Assembly (NCBI GenBank): GCA_029953675.1
Contig: JAMWBK010000011.1
Location: 992,001 to 1,056,000 of the forward strand
DNA: 64,000 nucleotides
Direction: 5' to 3'
Source: Rhodosorus marinus CCMP1338
Taxonomy: Eukaryota; Plantae; Rhodophyta
The notes under the pieces are model-generated. The model saw nothing but the letters and a program-made list of their open reading frames with translations. It was not told where the DNA came from and did no database searches. This document shows positions 10,656-21,400 of the stretch, in pieces. The position numbers and the translations under genes are program-made. Every line of letters starts with the position of its first letter. Position 1 is the stretch's first letter.

Positions 10656-12095
10656 GGACTTTTCACGCTAAGTTTCAAGACCAACGCTCTGCGCCGAAAC
10701 CTCCAGATTCTCTAAAATTCGCGATACAGCAAGCTCGGCCTTTGCGCTTTCCGGTTTACGGCTAATTAGCACAGATCTGGTCAAAAAATACAAATTTGGA
10801 GATCACAAGGTTGCTGAAGGGAATTATATCGCATTAAATACCCTAGTTAATTATCATCGACAATGATCTGAAACAAAACTTTTCCTGAAATAGAAACACA
10901 ATTAATATATATATAGAGTATAATTAACATAAATATTTTCGTTTTTGGCAAGTGATCTATTTGTGTCTGTTTTAGAATCATTTCTAGGCGAAATGAGATT
11001 CATTCACGCGGTGCCGCGGAAGAATTATATACGTGTCAATGATCAGACGTATTTCAGCAAACAACAAGCATTGATTTCCTATTAAAAAGGGGCTAGAAAT
11101 CCTTTTCTTCAATGTTCGGTTAGCCGAAGTTTTGTGCTTTGTTCAGTTCCATGAAAGCTTTTGTTTGAGCCCTGCTTGAGGGGCTATGCCATCGCAGTAG
11201 GACGGTTTTAAGACTGAGCTGCGATGGGGAGAGCAGGAGCTAACTAACTAACTTTTGTCGCGACTCATGGAGTCTGAATGGAGGCACGTGAGGAGCGCGC
11301 CTTATTCGCACAGGGAAGGCTTCCCAAGCGTGACCTTCACAGCCCACAGGTTGCTCCGAAAGATATGTGAAACTTTCGACACGAATTTCTACAGACATCA
11401 GATTCGACCATTGGAACTAGTTTGGCTCTCCAGTCTCCCGACGGCGAGTATTGCGTACTTTCCTGGATAATTACCAGAAGCGAGGCACTACCTTTGTGAT
11501 CGATTTCTGTTTGTTTAGTGCGTAAATTTTTTCTCTGTCTGTATGTTCCAATCCAATTAGAGTAGAGGTGACCAACTTACTGTATGTGAGAGATTTCACT
11601 GTCCGACAGAGACTTGTCGAAAGGCTGAGCGCAAGCGATCTTCTAGAGGGAAGAGACTAGATGAGGGTTTAGAATTCACTAGCTGACAAGCCAAGGCTCC
11701 GCTGATGCTTAGCTGCTCGAGGGAAGAGAATTTAGAGGCTTTGACTGGGGGAGCGTTGCGGGGTGTGCAAAAGAACAGGAGAAAAAAAGTACCTGACTGA
11801 CCAAGTTTCTCCATACTTCAAGAATACAAGAAATCCATAATGATGGTTTTACTAACATAGCCTTAAGCATTAGGCAGGGCGGAATACGAACCTAGTCAGA
11901 TTTGCCTTTCTCACGTCTCCCACGGGTTACACACTCGGTACTGCAAGCAAATGATAAAAACCATCCACCACCATCAGTTTGGACTCTGCCGAAGACACAC
12001 CCCCAACAGCAATCTGGTGGCGAATCATTTCGAGGTATACTATTCATCGAGTGATCTTTTGATAGGGAACACCATGCGCTAATATAGCGATCATC

Positions 12096-12956
12096 ACTCC
12101 TCGCGCAGATGGTCTCATCTTCTCGCGCTCGCGCCCGCCTACGTAGTCTTGGAGGGGTTCTTAGCTCTCAGTGGCTCATGACCGTACCAGCCTTTCCGCC
12201 ACTCACACTGTCGGATTTCGAAGTGCGTACTTCACTGCGCTTATACCTCGGCTTACATCAGCCCCCTTGGCCGTACGAGATGGGTTCGTCGTGCCCTCTC
12301 TGCTCTCAGACTGAAGACAACGCAGATTTTGGTGCCCACCTGCTCGCTAGTTGCCCGGCGGTGAAAGGTGCTCGAACCCGCCGCCACACACGGATCTTGA
12401 ACCTGTTATACCGGGAACTTCGGCCTATAGTCCGGCAAGCCGGTCTGGAAATCGAACGTGAGAAACCTTTACCCGTCGCGGACTTTCAAAATGATGAACG
12501 CCGTGTAGCCGACCTGGTGATCACCTGTGACGACAGCCGCCGTACCACATACGTTGATCTTGCTGTTCCTAACCCTCAAGCTAGTCGTTATCTCCCGGCT
12601 GCGGGGGAGCGCCGTGGATCTGCCGCCGCCAGCATGCAGCATGACGCCGCAAAGAGATCAAATACGCGGGGGCTTTGTCTTCCCCTGGTGTTCGTGCTTC
12701 GGCACTAGCACATCGCTTGGTACCCCTGATCATTGAGTGCTTTGGGTTCATGGACTCTGTTGGTTCTCGCTGGCTTCGGGAGTTGTTCCGCGAACGCCCT
12801 GACCGTCTTCAATCGTTGTTTACCCGCTTAAGTTTCCTGCTGTGGCGCATGAAGGCCGCTTTGATGTTGGAGGCGCGAGTACTTCGCCGCGCTTAGTCTT
12901 TTTTTCCCCTCGGGGTTTTTTTTTTTTCAGCCTCCGATTAAACCATTCATTCATTC
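12096..12956 (+). mobile_element. 5'-truncated family B CRE-like retroelement (RLE domain + 3' tail), 15-bp TSD
   Basis: Near-identical to the 3' part of element 57109-62337. Ends CCATTCATTCATTC. Flanked by AATATAGCGATCATC at 12081-12095 and 12957-12971. Has a small frameshifting change near 12635. Confidence 0.92.
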
Positions 12957-13117
12957 AATATAGCGATCATCTGGGAGAGTCCTTAGAATGGTACATACGA
13001 TGTTCATTTCATTTTGTAACCGTGAACGCTCTACTAAATGACCCCTATTGAGTTTAGACTTTGTCGAAGGCACTCCCCGTCAGCAATCTGGTTGTCCAAT
13101 CATTTCGAGCTATACTA

Positions 13118-13549
13118 CTGGATTTACTACATCGCCTGGCGCTAGGCAGGGCGTGAAAGGGGGCTAGGAACCAGGGAGAAAAGAGTGCAAACCCAGCCGG
13201 CGATGGCGCACCTCGGCGAGCATGCCGCCAGAACATAGCCAGAGGTCGCGTAGGCCCAGATATTCAACCGGATGGTCAGTAACATTTTGTCCCAGATATT
13301 CAACCGGACGGTCAGTAACATTTTCGCAGCCAATCCACGCTGGAATTTTGCAGGTGCCCAAAGCTTTCCACAGTGAAAGGCTGGAACCTGTGAGAACAGC
13401 CCTCCGCACGGGGGATACTGACCATGCTCTCAGTATACGGTCCGTCCTTGAGTCGGCGCAGTACAGAAGCTGCTTCCCCCCCCGCGAAGAGCGGCAGAGG
13501 GAAGATACTTGATTTGCTTCTTCAAGGGTTCCCAACTCGGATCTAGGGC
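13118..13549 (-). mobile_element. 5'-truncated family-A-related retroelement, 6-bp TSD
   Basis: Encodes ...DHPVEYLG...GMLAEVRHRRLGLHSFLP, versus element A EHPTEYLA...DMLSEARHRRLGLHASLP. 3' UTR TTCACGCC.TGC.TAGCGC...GTAGTAAATCCAG. ATACTA at 13112-13117 and 13550-13555. Confidence 0.75.
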
Positions 13550-13906
13550 ATACTATTCATCGAATTGATCTGTTTGATAGGCAACACCTGTCGCTGCTAG
13601 TAAAGCCCAATATATTGGTCAAATGAGAGCCCGGAGCATGGTTCATCCGATGTTCTTTTCATTTTGTAAGTAAAACCTGGATGCATCGAATGAAATATGC
13701 ATAAACGCTGATTGCTTGCTCATCTGCGGATATGTATTATCCAAAACATGGGCCTTTTCTGTTAACAGATTACATATATCCGCTTACAATCGAATGTTCC
13801 CCTGGTACGTGAATGGTTGCATTCAGCAGCGTTCCTGGTAGAAGTCCAGTTCCAGGACAACCATAGGCCAATCCACGGTGTGAGTAACCTATGATGAGTC
13901 CGATAT

Positions 13907-13974
13907 TACCGCCTCAGTTCCCCCTCTGCAAGCTCGATATTAATCGAGCTTGCAGAGGGGGAACTGAGGCGGTA
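13907..13974. repeat. Perfect inverted repeat: 32-bp arms, 4-nt loop
   Basis: TACCGCCTCAGTTCCCCCTCTGCAAGCTCGAT-ATTA-ATCGAGCTTGCAGAGGGGGAACTGAGGCGGTA; checked base by base. Confidence 0.95.
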
Positions 13975-14335
13975 GCATTGATGGACAGAGTCGGCTACTA
14001 AAACAGAGGACTTATATAGCACGAGATGTGATTCGTAGTTTGTCAGCTACTAGAGCCGTAAGGATCAAGCCTGGGTAGGATTAGGGGTTTTGCACGCCTG
14101 CACCTGCATGAACGTTTTCCGTAAGGCCAAAGATCTCAGAGACTGGTATTGCATACATAGCGATCCTAGAAACCATCAAATATGGTTGGTTCGGAATAAA
14201 AGGAGGCGATGAGAGGACGATATAATTTTCATAGACCTAGTTTTGTTTAACATTTTCTACCTGCGTTACGGCTCAATTTGAAAAGGACACTGCGACGCCA
14301 CCGATATCCTTGTAAACTTTATTGTAAGTTGCCAA

Positions 14336-14643
14336 TATGAGACGTCGCAAAGAGTTGAAATCTACAGCCTTTTCTTCCCCGGGCATTCGTGCTTCGGCTC
14401 TAGCTCATCGCCTGGTACCTCTAGACATTGAGTGCTTTGGGTTCCTTGATTCCGCTGGTTCTCGTTCGTTGGCTTCGGGAATTGTTCCGCGAACGCCCTG
14501 ACCGCCTGTCCCCTATTAAACCAATTCACTCTCATGGCAAGTTTCTTGCTGTGGCGTATGAACGCTGCTTTGATGTTGGAGGGGCGCGATGTTCGCCGTC
14601 TCGGGGTTGTTTCTTTCAGTCTCCGATTAAAAAATTCATTCAT
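14336..14643 (+). mobile_element. Older degenerate family-B-like 3' fragment
   Basis: TTCGTGCTTCGGC.CTAGC.CATCGC.TGGTACC..., RWLRELFRERPDRL, and tail CAGTCTCCGATTAAAAAATTCATTCATT. Confidence 0.8.
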
Positions 14644-14724
14644 TGTCAACCGGGCATGTCAACTCTGTTGTTAACCGGATTCTATGGTCAACCATAGGTG
14701 GTGCCGCTAGAGAGAGATAAAACA

Positions 14725-15100
14725 TCGGGGCAAACCCAGGCGGCGGGTGTCGCGCCTCAGCGAGCCTGTTTCTAGAATATCGCCAACGAGAGACGGAAAC
14801 GCTAAGCAGGGCGGAAAGTGAACTAGGTACTTGTGTTAAAAGCTTGCAAACCCAGGCGGCGGGTGTCGCGCCTCAGCGGACCTGGTGCTAGAATATCGCC
14901 AAGAGCGACGTTTAATCGGCGTAGGAGTACGAGGTACTCAGCAGGATGGTCAGTAAAACATTTCTGCAACCATTCCAAGCTGGACCTTTCAAGATGACCA
15001 AAGGTTTTCCTCAAATTTTTTGATGCCATGCGATACGATACTGCATTACCTAGACGGCGAATGGCGAAAAAGCTATACTCGAAGCTGAGATGGAAGCGTG
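14725..15100 (-). mobile_element. Degenerate family-A-like 3' fragment with internal duplication
   Basis: FGHLERSSLEWLQKCFTDHPAEYLVLLRRLNVAL matches element A FGHVDKSGLEWLRKCFAEHPTEYLALLRRLSVSL. AACCCAGGCGGCGGGTGTCGCGCCTCAGCG occurs twice (~14733, ~14849). Confidence 0.75.
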
Positions 15101-15425
15101 CTCTGTTTCCCGATTCCTTTGCAGTCCATTCTCATTTATGGGAGTTTATCGTGTTCAAAAATCTCGGTCTGATTCTGAACCATACACGGTGGCGCTAGAA
15201 AGAGACGAATGAGCCGTTGGGCTCTTGATCCTAGACCAGTTTGAAGAGTTGATTCAGGGGTACGAATAATCATGATGTTTTCTGGACAGTTTATTATGAA
15301 CTCCTTAAGGCCAGTTGACTGAAAGTCTAGAGATGATCGACTGTATCTCCGTCCACACATATGCGCAGTTGGTTGGTATTTAACTTTGGCCCCGCTTCGG
15401 CTGTCACGCACTGCTATAGTCAACG

Positions 15426-18400
15426 CTATGACAGCTCCGGATCCGTAAGTGCACCCGAGAACGTGAAAAGAGTGCAGAAGTCGACAATAACTTCCCTGTC
15501 TCCATTATTGTAGAGTGTCAGCTCGTGTGTTATTCCCGCCGCATCAAAGACCAGATTTGTATGTCCCCAGTCACCACGCGCAATTGGATTAACAGGCCCC
15601 ACGGAGTTCTTCGAGAGTCTATTTCCCTTAAATATGATCTCCATGGTTAGCATCCCTGGCCCTCTCACGTAGCAGCGGACCCTGTACCTCTGGTCTTTTG
15701 TCAAGAAAAACGTTTGACTGGCGACAGTGCTGGATGGATAGATAAACATCGATCGCGAACCATCCAAGGGTTCGACTGATGTGAATTTGAGTTCACCGCT
15801 CACAATCCACCGAAAATCGTTTAGCGGCTCAAAGCTCGGGTTCTTAATCTTTCCATCGGTTCCCCGCAGGTGAGGTGGTGGAACCCACGGCGATCGATTT
15901 GATGGTAGGCTGTAGGACTCGGAGCCAGCATACGGCGGTACTCCATCCGTGGCAGGGTATATTGAGCACTCATCCGCCCAGACGCCCGAGCTCTGTAGCT
16001 CAGGGCTGCCCTGATTGTCTCGCTCGAGGATAACATCATATTCGCCCGAGTCCTCAACCTCCAAGTCAACCTCTTGATTATTCCAATTAGAGGACTGCAC
16101 ATCAAATACATCTCCCAGATTCTCTGCCAGCATTGTGGATTCGCTCCATACGGACATGCGGATGCTCCCCTTCACGTGGCAGTGCAGCCGGTAAACAGCG
16201 TTCAACTTCAAGAATACTCGCTGAGCCGCCTTTGACCCCTCCTGAGTAAACCTGATGGCCCGATTTCCACCGAAACTCTGATCTGTCCGAATGTTGACGC
16301 CACCAGTCAATGTCCACGATCCAGCGGCTTGCTCAAAACTGGGGTTTCGCAAGACCTGCTCGGGCTCCGGGTCTGTCAGCCCTCCGCTGAACGGGAACAT
16401 TGTGCAAAAGTCGACAATACATTCGCGTTCGCCAACGTTGTAGAGACTGACAGTGTGCGAAATTCCTTCTGAATCAAAAACTAGATCCTTGTATCCCCAT
16501 CCCTCCCTCGCGATCGGCTTCACGTCCCCGAAAGAGTTCTTGGATACCCGATTATTCTTAAACAAAACTTCCATAGAAAGGGATCCCGGTCCAGAGACGT
16601 AACATCGGAGCCTGTATCTTTCGCCTTGGTTCAAATACACTGTCTGCTCTGCAACGGTGGTGGACGGGTAGACGAGCATTGATCGCGAGCCGTACAGTGC
16701 ATTGATTCTTGTAAACTCAAGGGGACCGCTCAGTGCCCACCGGAAATCGTTCATTTCCTCAAAACTCGGGTTCTTAATCTCTCCGCTGTTGTCCAGAAGC
16801 GCACTTGGAGGATTCCACGATGTAGGATCGGCTGGGTAGTTGAGCGACTCGGAGCCAATACCGTCCGGTAGCTGACCGTTGATGGCCTCATAAAGGGAGC
16901 ACTCATCTGCCCACACACCATTACTCTGGAGGTTGGGGTTGCCGCCGTCGTGTCGCTCCAGGACAATTTTGTAACCCCCCGACTCTCCGATGGCAAAATC
17001 CACCTCTTGGTTCTTCCAGTTTGAACTTCCGTTATCAAAGGTGTCTCCGAGATTTTCCGCATACAGAGTCGAAGCTTTCCATATGGAGAGGCGGATACTT
17101 CCCCTCACGTAACAGTGCAACCTGTAAACACCGCCTAACTCAAGGGATGCACTCTGAATCGCTCTGGAACCTTCCTCCGCAAAGCTGAGAGCCCGGCCTC
17201 CGCTGAATTTCTTAGCTGTCCGAATGCTCGCATCGTCGGATAGTAACCACGGGGTGGTGCCCTCCTCGAAGCCGGGGTTCCCCAGAAGCTGCTCATAATC
17301 TAGCTCAGGATCTGTCAGGGGTCCGTCAAATTCGAACAAAGTGCAAAAGTCGACGATACATTCGTGATCTCCGATGTTGTACAGCGATACATCCTGTACT
17401 CTCTTCTTCGCGTCAAATACCACGTCCTTTTGTCCCCAAGCACCTCTTCCAATCGGCGTCACAGAGCCAAACGAGTTCTTAGACACCCTTTCTCCTTCAT
17501 AAGTGATCTCCATAGTCAGCGGTCCTGGTCCACGAACGTAACACCTGAACCTGTACCTCTTGCCCTGCTCCAAATAGACCTTCTGACTTGCCATCGTGCT
17601 CGACGGGTACACAAACATCGACTGCGAGTCTTGTAATACGTTAACCTTCGTGAACTTGAGATCACCGGTAATCGCCCACCGGAAGTTCTTCTGTGCCTCA
17701 AAGCTCGGGTTCTTAATCTCCCCGTTGTTCCCAAGGAGCTCAGCTGGGGGATCCCACGGCGAAAGACCTGGTAAGTTGTAATCACCGGAGCCGACGTAAG
17801 GAGGGATCCCGTCAGCTGCAGCATAGAGGGAGCACTCATCTATCCAGACCCCGTTCCTCTGGCGGCTCGGAACACCCCCATTGTCTCGCACAAAGGTTAG
17901 CTCGTACTCGCCGGATTCTTCGATCATCACGTCGACTTCTTGATGGTTCCATTCGGAATTCGGTACCGGAAACGTATCTCCAAAGTTCTCTGCGTACAAG
18001 ATCGAATCCTTCCATAGCGTAAAGTGGATGCTCCCTGTTGAGTAGCAGTGCCATCTGTAGATATTTCCTCCCTCCAAATAGACGCGTTGAACGGCTGTTG
18101 ATCCCTCCTGGACAAACCGGAGGCCCCGCACCCCCGTAAATGTCTTAAATCCCCGTATACTCGCGCCATTGGAGAACAACCACGGCTCGGTGCCTAGCTC
18201 AAAACTAGGGTTTTGCACAAGTTGCTCATTTTCAGGATCTGTGATCGGCCCCGAGTACTTGAACATGGTGCAGAAGTCAACGATGCATTCACTGCCCCCG
18301 TCGTTGTAAAGGAAAACTTCCATCGCGATCTTCGGGGAGACGAAGACCATATCCTTATAGCCCCACGATCCATAGCTGATCGGCGTCACAGGCCCGTAAG

Positions 18401-21215
18401 AGTTCCTAGACACTTTTTCTCCATTATGGGAGACCTCCATGGTCAGCATCCCAGGTCCACTTACATAGCATCGGAGTCTATACTTCTGTTCCTTATTCAA
18501 GAAGACGGCCTGTTTTGCGACGCTAATTGAAGGGTAGATGTACATCGCGCGTGATCCTTCCAAGGCTTCGAGTCCAGTAAAATCTAGAGGCCCGCTCACT
18601 GTCCACCGGAACTCCGCTTCCATCTCAAAGCTCGGATTTTTAAGGGCTCCATTGCCGCCCTGAAGGAATCCTGGGGGATTCCACGGTTCCATAGGTTCTT
18701 CGGAGTTGACAGACTCTGAACCTACAAACGCAGGAACGTTTGCAGCAGCGTAAAGCGAGCATTCATCCGCTCGCACACCAGAGCTCTGGAGCCCTGATAT
18801 ACCCCGGCCGTCCCGCTCAAGTACAATCTCATACTCACCCGAGTCGCGAATGAAAAAATCGAACTCTTGATTCCTCCACTTCTCGTCGGGCCCTTGAGAC
18901 GTGTTGCCGACGTTGTCCCCGTAAAATGTTGAGTCAGCCCATATCGAGAAGCGGATGCTCCCAACCACGTAACAGTGAAGTCTGTACACGCTGTTTGCCC
19001 TCAGGTACACCCGCTGAACCGCCTTGGCCCCTTCCCGCAGGAACCTTAGGCGATGATCTCCAGTTATACTCAGGCCACGACTCTGGATTTCAGCCCCCTC
19101 GGTCAGCGACCACGCTCCGGCGCTTTCCTCGAAACTAGCGTCTCTCAAAAGCTGCTCTGAGTTTGGTGTCAATCTCCTCGGGTATTCTTCCGTGTTCGTT
19201 ATCGTTCCACACTGCAGATTGTCGTTGATACCACCACCCAAAAGGCAGCAAGCTCCTCCATCACATTCATCAACTTCCAAAACCACGCTGCTCAGCCACC
19301 CACCATCGTCGGGATACTGCACCTTGATCTCCGGCGCTGTTCCCAGCTCGACGAGAGCGTGTGGAATCACGAACACGCCAAAGTACTTGTCACCGTACAC
19401 CCGCTTTGGTCCCGCCATTGTTGGATCATAGTCCGTAATTGGCTGCTCGGCATCGTTTACCCATACCTTGGGCTTGTCATTGTCGTCGGGCTTTCTTGAG
19501 TGTCCGATGCGAATGTACCCAACTCCGTTAGGACTCTGTGGAATGCCGTTGAACTGAAACGTGTAAATATCGTTGGCCTCAACAGGTATGGGATAGTCTC
19601 GCACTTGGCCTGCGCCGTCCAAGATATCTGCCATGTAGTGCCTTGATCGCTCCACCTTGCGAAGCTCCAGCACAGGTTTGTCAAAGGTAATGGCCAGAAC
19701 GTGCATTGCCTCCGGTTTGATCTGAACCGTGTCCGGAACGGAGGTCATTGTTGAATTCCTCCACATGACCTTTCCCGGGCGCTGGATATTCTGCGCTATG
19801 TCTTCAGCTGTCGGCTCGCTCTCCCGTAGCCAGATCCTTCTTTCAACGACGTTCATCACCGAACCCACGCCGAACGGAAACCTTAGATCGACTTGCGCAG
19901 AACTGCCCTCCGTTGCCAGGTTCTGCAGAAGGATGTAGGCGCGATTTGAGTTGGCCACGGCGTGAACCTTGACGTATGGATCATCGCTGTGCGAGTACAC
20001 AAAGTCGCCTTCAACTCCTTTGAACAGCTCTAAGTAGTGCAAAAGAGGCGTCCACTCGACCACGTCGTCCAACCCACCCTCCGTTAGGGACCACGGGTAT
20101 CGATATTGTTTGCCGTTCCTGCCGTCGGCGGGATCCAAAGTCAGAAAGTTGACAAACTTGAGGACGTTGTCGTGGACTCTCATTGTGCTCATAAACGCCT
20201 TGAAAGAGTCAGCCATAATAATGAAATCCCTCCCCCCCAGCGGAGGTGCGGATTCCTCGGTGCTCTTCTGGAACCAGGATCCATCATATGCTCCTGTCTC
20301 CGTTACCATATATTTGACTGGCTTACCGTCATTGGATGTCTTCGCGGTGTAGGTCTCGAGAAGATCCAGATTGGCGTCCTGTACGGCCCCTCCCGATGAG
20401 TAAATATGCTCGGAAATGAAGTCGAGGCACCCAGCGCTGCGCGCAGAATCGATAAAGTTCTTTATGCGCGTATACCATCGACTGAAGTTTTGCAGGTGTG
20501 GTCTCGCGCTGTTTGCTCCGGGGCCGCCGGCGAGCATGTCTGGATTCGCTGCAGTGATATCCCTACACATCTGCCCGCACACCTTCCCTATCCTGGAGAT
20601 CACAGACGATTCTGTCTCACCTGCATACCTCCTGAAACTTTTCCAATCGTTCATCGGCTCATTGAAACACTCCGAGTATCGCGGCCTTGGATATCCTTCC
20701 GCAGCGCTAAAGAACGAACTGAAATAGTCGGCGGAGAAAGCAGCGGCATTGGAGATTCCTTGATTGCTTCCCTGGAACGTTTTTAGCTTATCCGCCCTGT
20801 CCGTCGCGACCCTCTCTCTGTCGATCAGTCTTCTCCGCAGCTGGTCGCAACTATCGCAATTGATTTGAGCACGTCTGAGTCTCCCTTCTTCTTCGAGCCC
20901 GCCTACATTGTCCGGGAAGCTATCCGATCCGGAAAATGGTCCCTCATTTGATGACCTCGTAAACATTACATCCAGGTCCACCACAGCGTACTCCATCTTG
21001 TCATCTGCGTTGCTAGGGGCCGCAAGGTCTCCGTGAGCGTTCACAAAACGACGTCGATCAAACGCTTGCTTGCCATTTGTTGCCAAGGTTGCTCGGAAAT
21101 CAACAGTCACAACCGAGCCATCCACACACAGAGCCAGCACCAGGAACACGTACAACATCTTGTTCGAGGCCATCAGCCTTGGTCCAGAAAAAAATTGACA
21201 GCCTGTCCGCAACAT
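15426..21215 (-). CDS. Gene 2: secreted GH86-like hydrolase with 4 pairs of CBM4/9-like modules
   Basis: 1929-aa ORF. Signal-like MASNKMLYVFLVLALCVDG-S (ATG 21173). CFNEPM and MVTETG catalytic motifs. Eight NPSFE-type modules. Ends TDPELS. Confidence 0.82.
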   Translation of the reverse strand: MLRTGCQFFSGPRLMASNKMLYVFLVLALCVDGSVVTVDFRATLATNGKQAFDRRRFVNAHGDLAAPSNADDKMEYAVVDLDVMFTRSSNEGPFSGSDSFPDNVGGLEEEGRLRRAQINCDSCDQLRRRLIDRERVATDRADKLKTFQGSNQGISNAAAFSADYFSSFFSAAEGYPRPRYSECFNEPMNDWKSFRRYAGETESSVISRIGKVCGQMCRDITAANPDMLAGGPGANSARPHLQNFSRWYTRIKNFIDSARSAGCLDFISEHIYSSGGAVQDANLDLLETYTAKTSNDGKPVKYMVTETGAYDGSWFQKSTEESAPPLGGRDFIIMADSFKAFMSTMRVHDNVLKFVNFLTLDPADGRNGKQYRYPWSLTEGGLDDVVEWTPLLHYLELFKGVEGDFVYSHSDDPYVKVHAVANSNRAYILLQNLATEGSSAQVDLRFPFGVGSVMNVVERRIWLRESEPTAEDIAQNIQRPGKVMWRNSTMTSVPDTVQIKPEAMHVLAITFDKPVLELRKVERSRHYMADILDGAGQVRDYPIPVEANDIYTFQFNGIPQSPNGVGYIRIGHSRKPDDNDKPKVWVNDAEQPITDYDPTMAGPKRVYGDKYFGVFVIPHALVELGTAPEIKVQYPDDGGWLSSVVLEVDECDGGACCLLGGGINDNLQCGTITNTEEYPRRLTPNSEQLLRDASFEESAGAWSLTEGAEIQSRGLSITGDHRLRFLREGAKAVQRVYLRANSVYRLHCYVVGSIRFSIWADSTFYGDNVGNTSQGPDEKWRNQEFDFFIRDSGEYEIVLERDGRGISGLQSSGVRADECSLYAAANVPAFVGSESVNSEEPMEPWNPPGFLQGGNGALKNPSFEMEAEFRWTVSGPLDFTGLEALEGSRAMYIYPSISVAKQAVFLNKEQKYRLRCYVSGPGMLTMEVSHNGEKVSRNSYGPVTPISYGSWGYKDMVFVSPKIAMEVFLYNDGGSECIVDFCTMFKYSGPITDPENEQLVQNPSFELGTEPWLFSNGASIRGFKTFTGVRGLRFVQEGSTAVQRVYLEGGNIYRWHCYSTGSIHFTLWKDSILYAENFGDTFPVPNSEWNHQEVDVMIEESGEYELTFVRDNGGVPSRQRNGVWIDECSLYAAADGIPPYVGSGDYNLPGLSPWDPPAELLGNNGEIKNPSFEAQKNFRWAITGDLKFTKVNVLQDSQSMFVYPSSTMASQKVYLEQGKRYRFRCYVRGPGPLTMEITYEGERVSKNSFGSVTPIGRGAWGQKDVVFDAKKRVQDVSLYNIGDHECIVDFCTLFEFDGPLTDPELDYEQLLGNPGFEEGTTPWLLSDDASIRTAKKFSGGRALSFAEEGSRAIQSASLELGGVYRLHCYVRGSIRLSIWKASTLYAENLGDTFDNGSSNWKNQEVDFAIGESGGYKIVLERHDGGNPNLQSNGVWADECSLYEAINGQLPDGIGSESLNYPADPTSWNPPSALLDNSGEIKNPSFEEMNDFRWALSGPLEFTRINALYGSRSMLVYPSTTVAEQTVYLNQGERYRLRCYVSGPGSLSMEVLFKNNRVSKNSFGDVKPIAREGWGYKDLVFDSEGISHTVSLYNVGERECIVDFCTMFPFSGGLTDPEPEQVLRNPSFEQAAGSWTLTGGVNIRTDQSFGGNRAIRFTQEGSKAAQRVFLKLNAVYRLHCHVKGSIRMSVWSESTMLAENLGDVFDVQSSNWNNQEVDLEVEDSGEYDVILERDNQGSPELQSSGVWADECSIYPATDGVPPYAGSESYSLPSNRSPWVPPPHLRGTDGKIKNPSFEPLNDFRWIVSGELKFTSVEPLDGSRSMFIYPSSTVASQTFFLTKDQRYRVRCYVRGPGMLTMEIIFKGNRLSKNSVGPVNPIARGDWGHTNLVFDAAGITHELTLYNNGDREVIVDFCTLFTFSGALTDPELS

Positions 21216-21392
21216 CCTTGAATAAGTTAATAAAATTCTGCTCCGAGTTGCTCGCGTTCACTTTCTCCACCTCCAGTCACACCCCAAATTTTTACCGCTG
21301 TACATCACTCGGACACTGTCTAGCGTGTCCCTTTCCCGCTCTCCTACGGTTACTCCTCCACACACGTTGTGAACATCCACTTGAGTCGTACT

Positions 21393-21400
21393 CTTATATA
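21393..21400 (-). promoter_or_regulatory. Candidate TATA box of gene 2
   Basis: TATATAAG on the minus strand ~180 bp upstream of the first ATG, comparable in position to TATAAA upstream of genes 3 and 4. Confidence 0.25.

Larger units (their letters stand above)
11985..13680. repeat. Two diverged tandem copies of a ~200-bp unit, each interrupted by a retroelement
   Basis: CAGCAATCTGGT..AATCATTTCGAG.TATACTATTCATCGA..TGATCT.TTTGATAGG.AACACC...GATGTTC.TTTCATTTTGTAA occurs at 11985-12095 plus 12972-13020, and at 13055-13117 plus 13550-13670. Confidence 0.7.
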
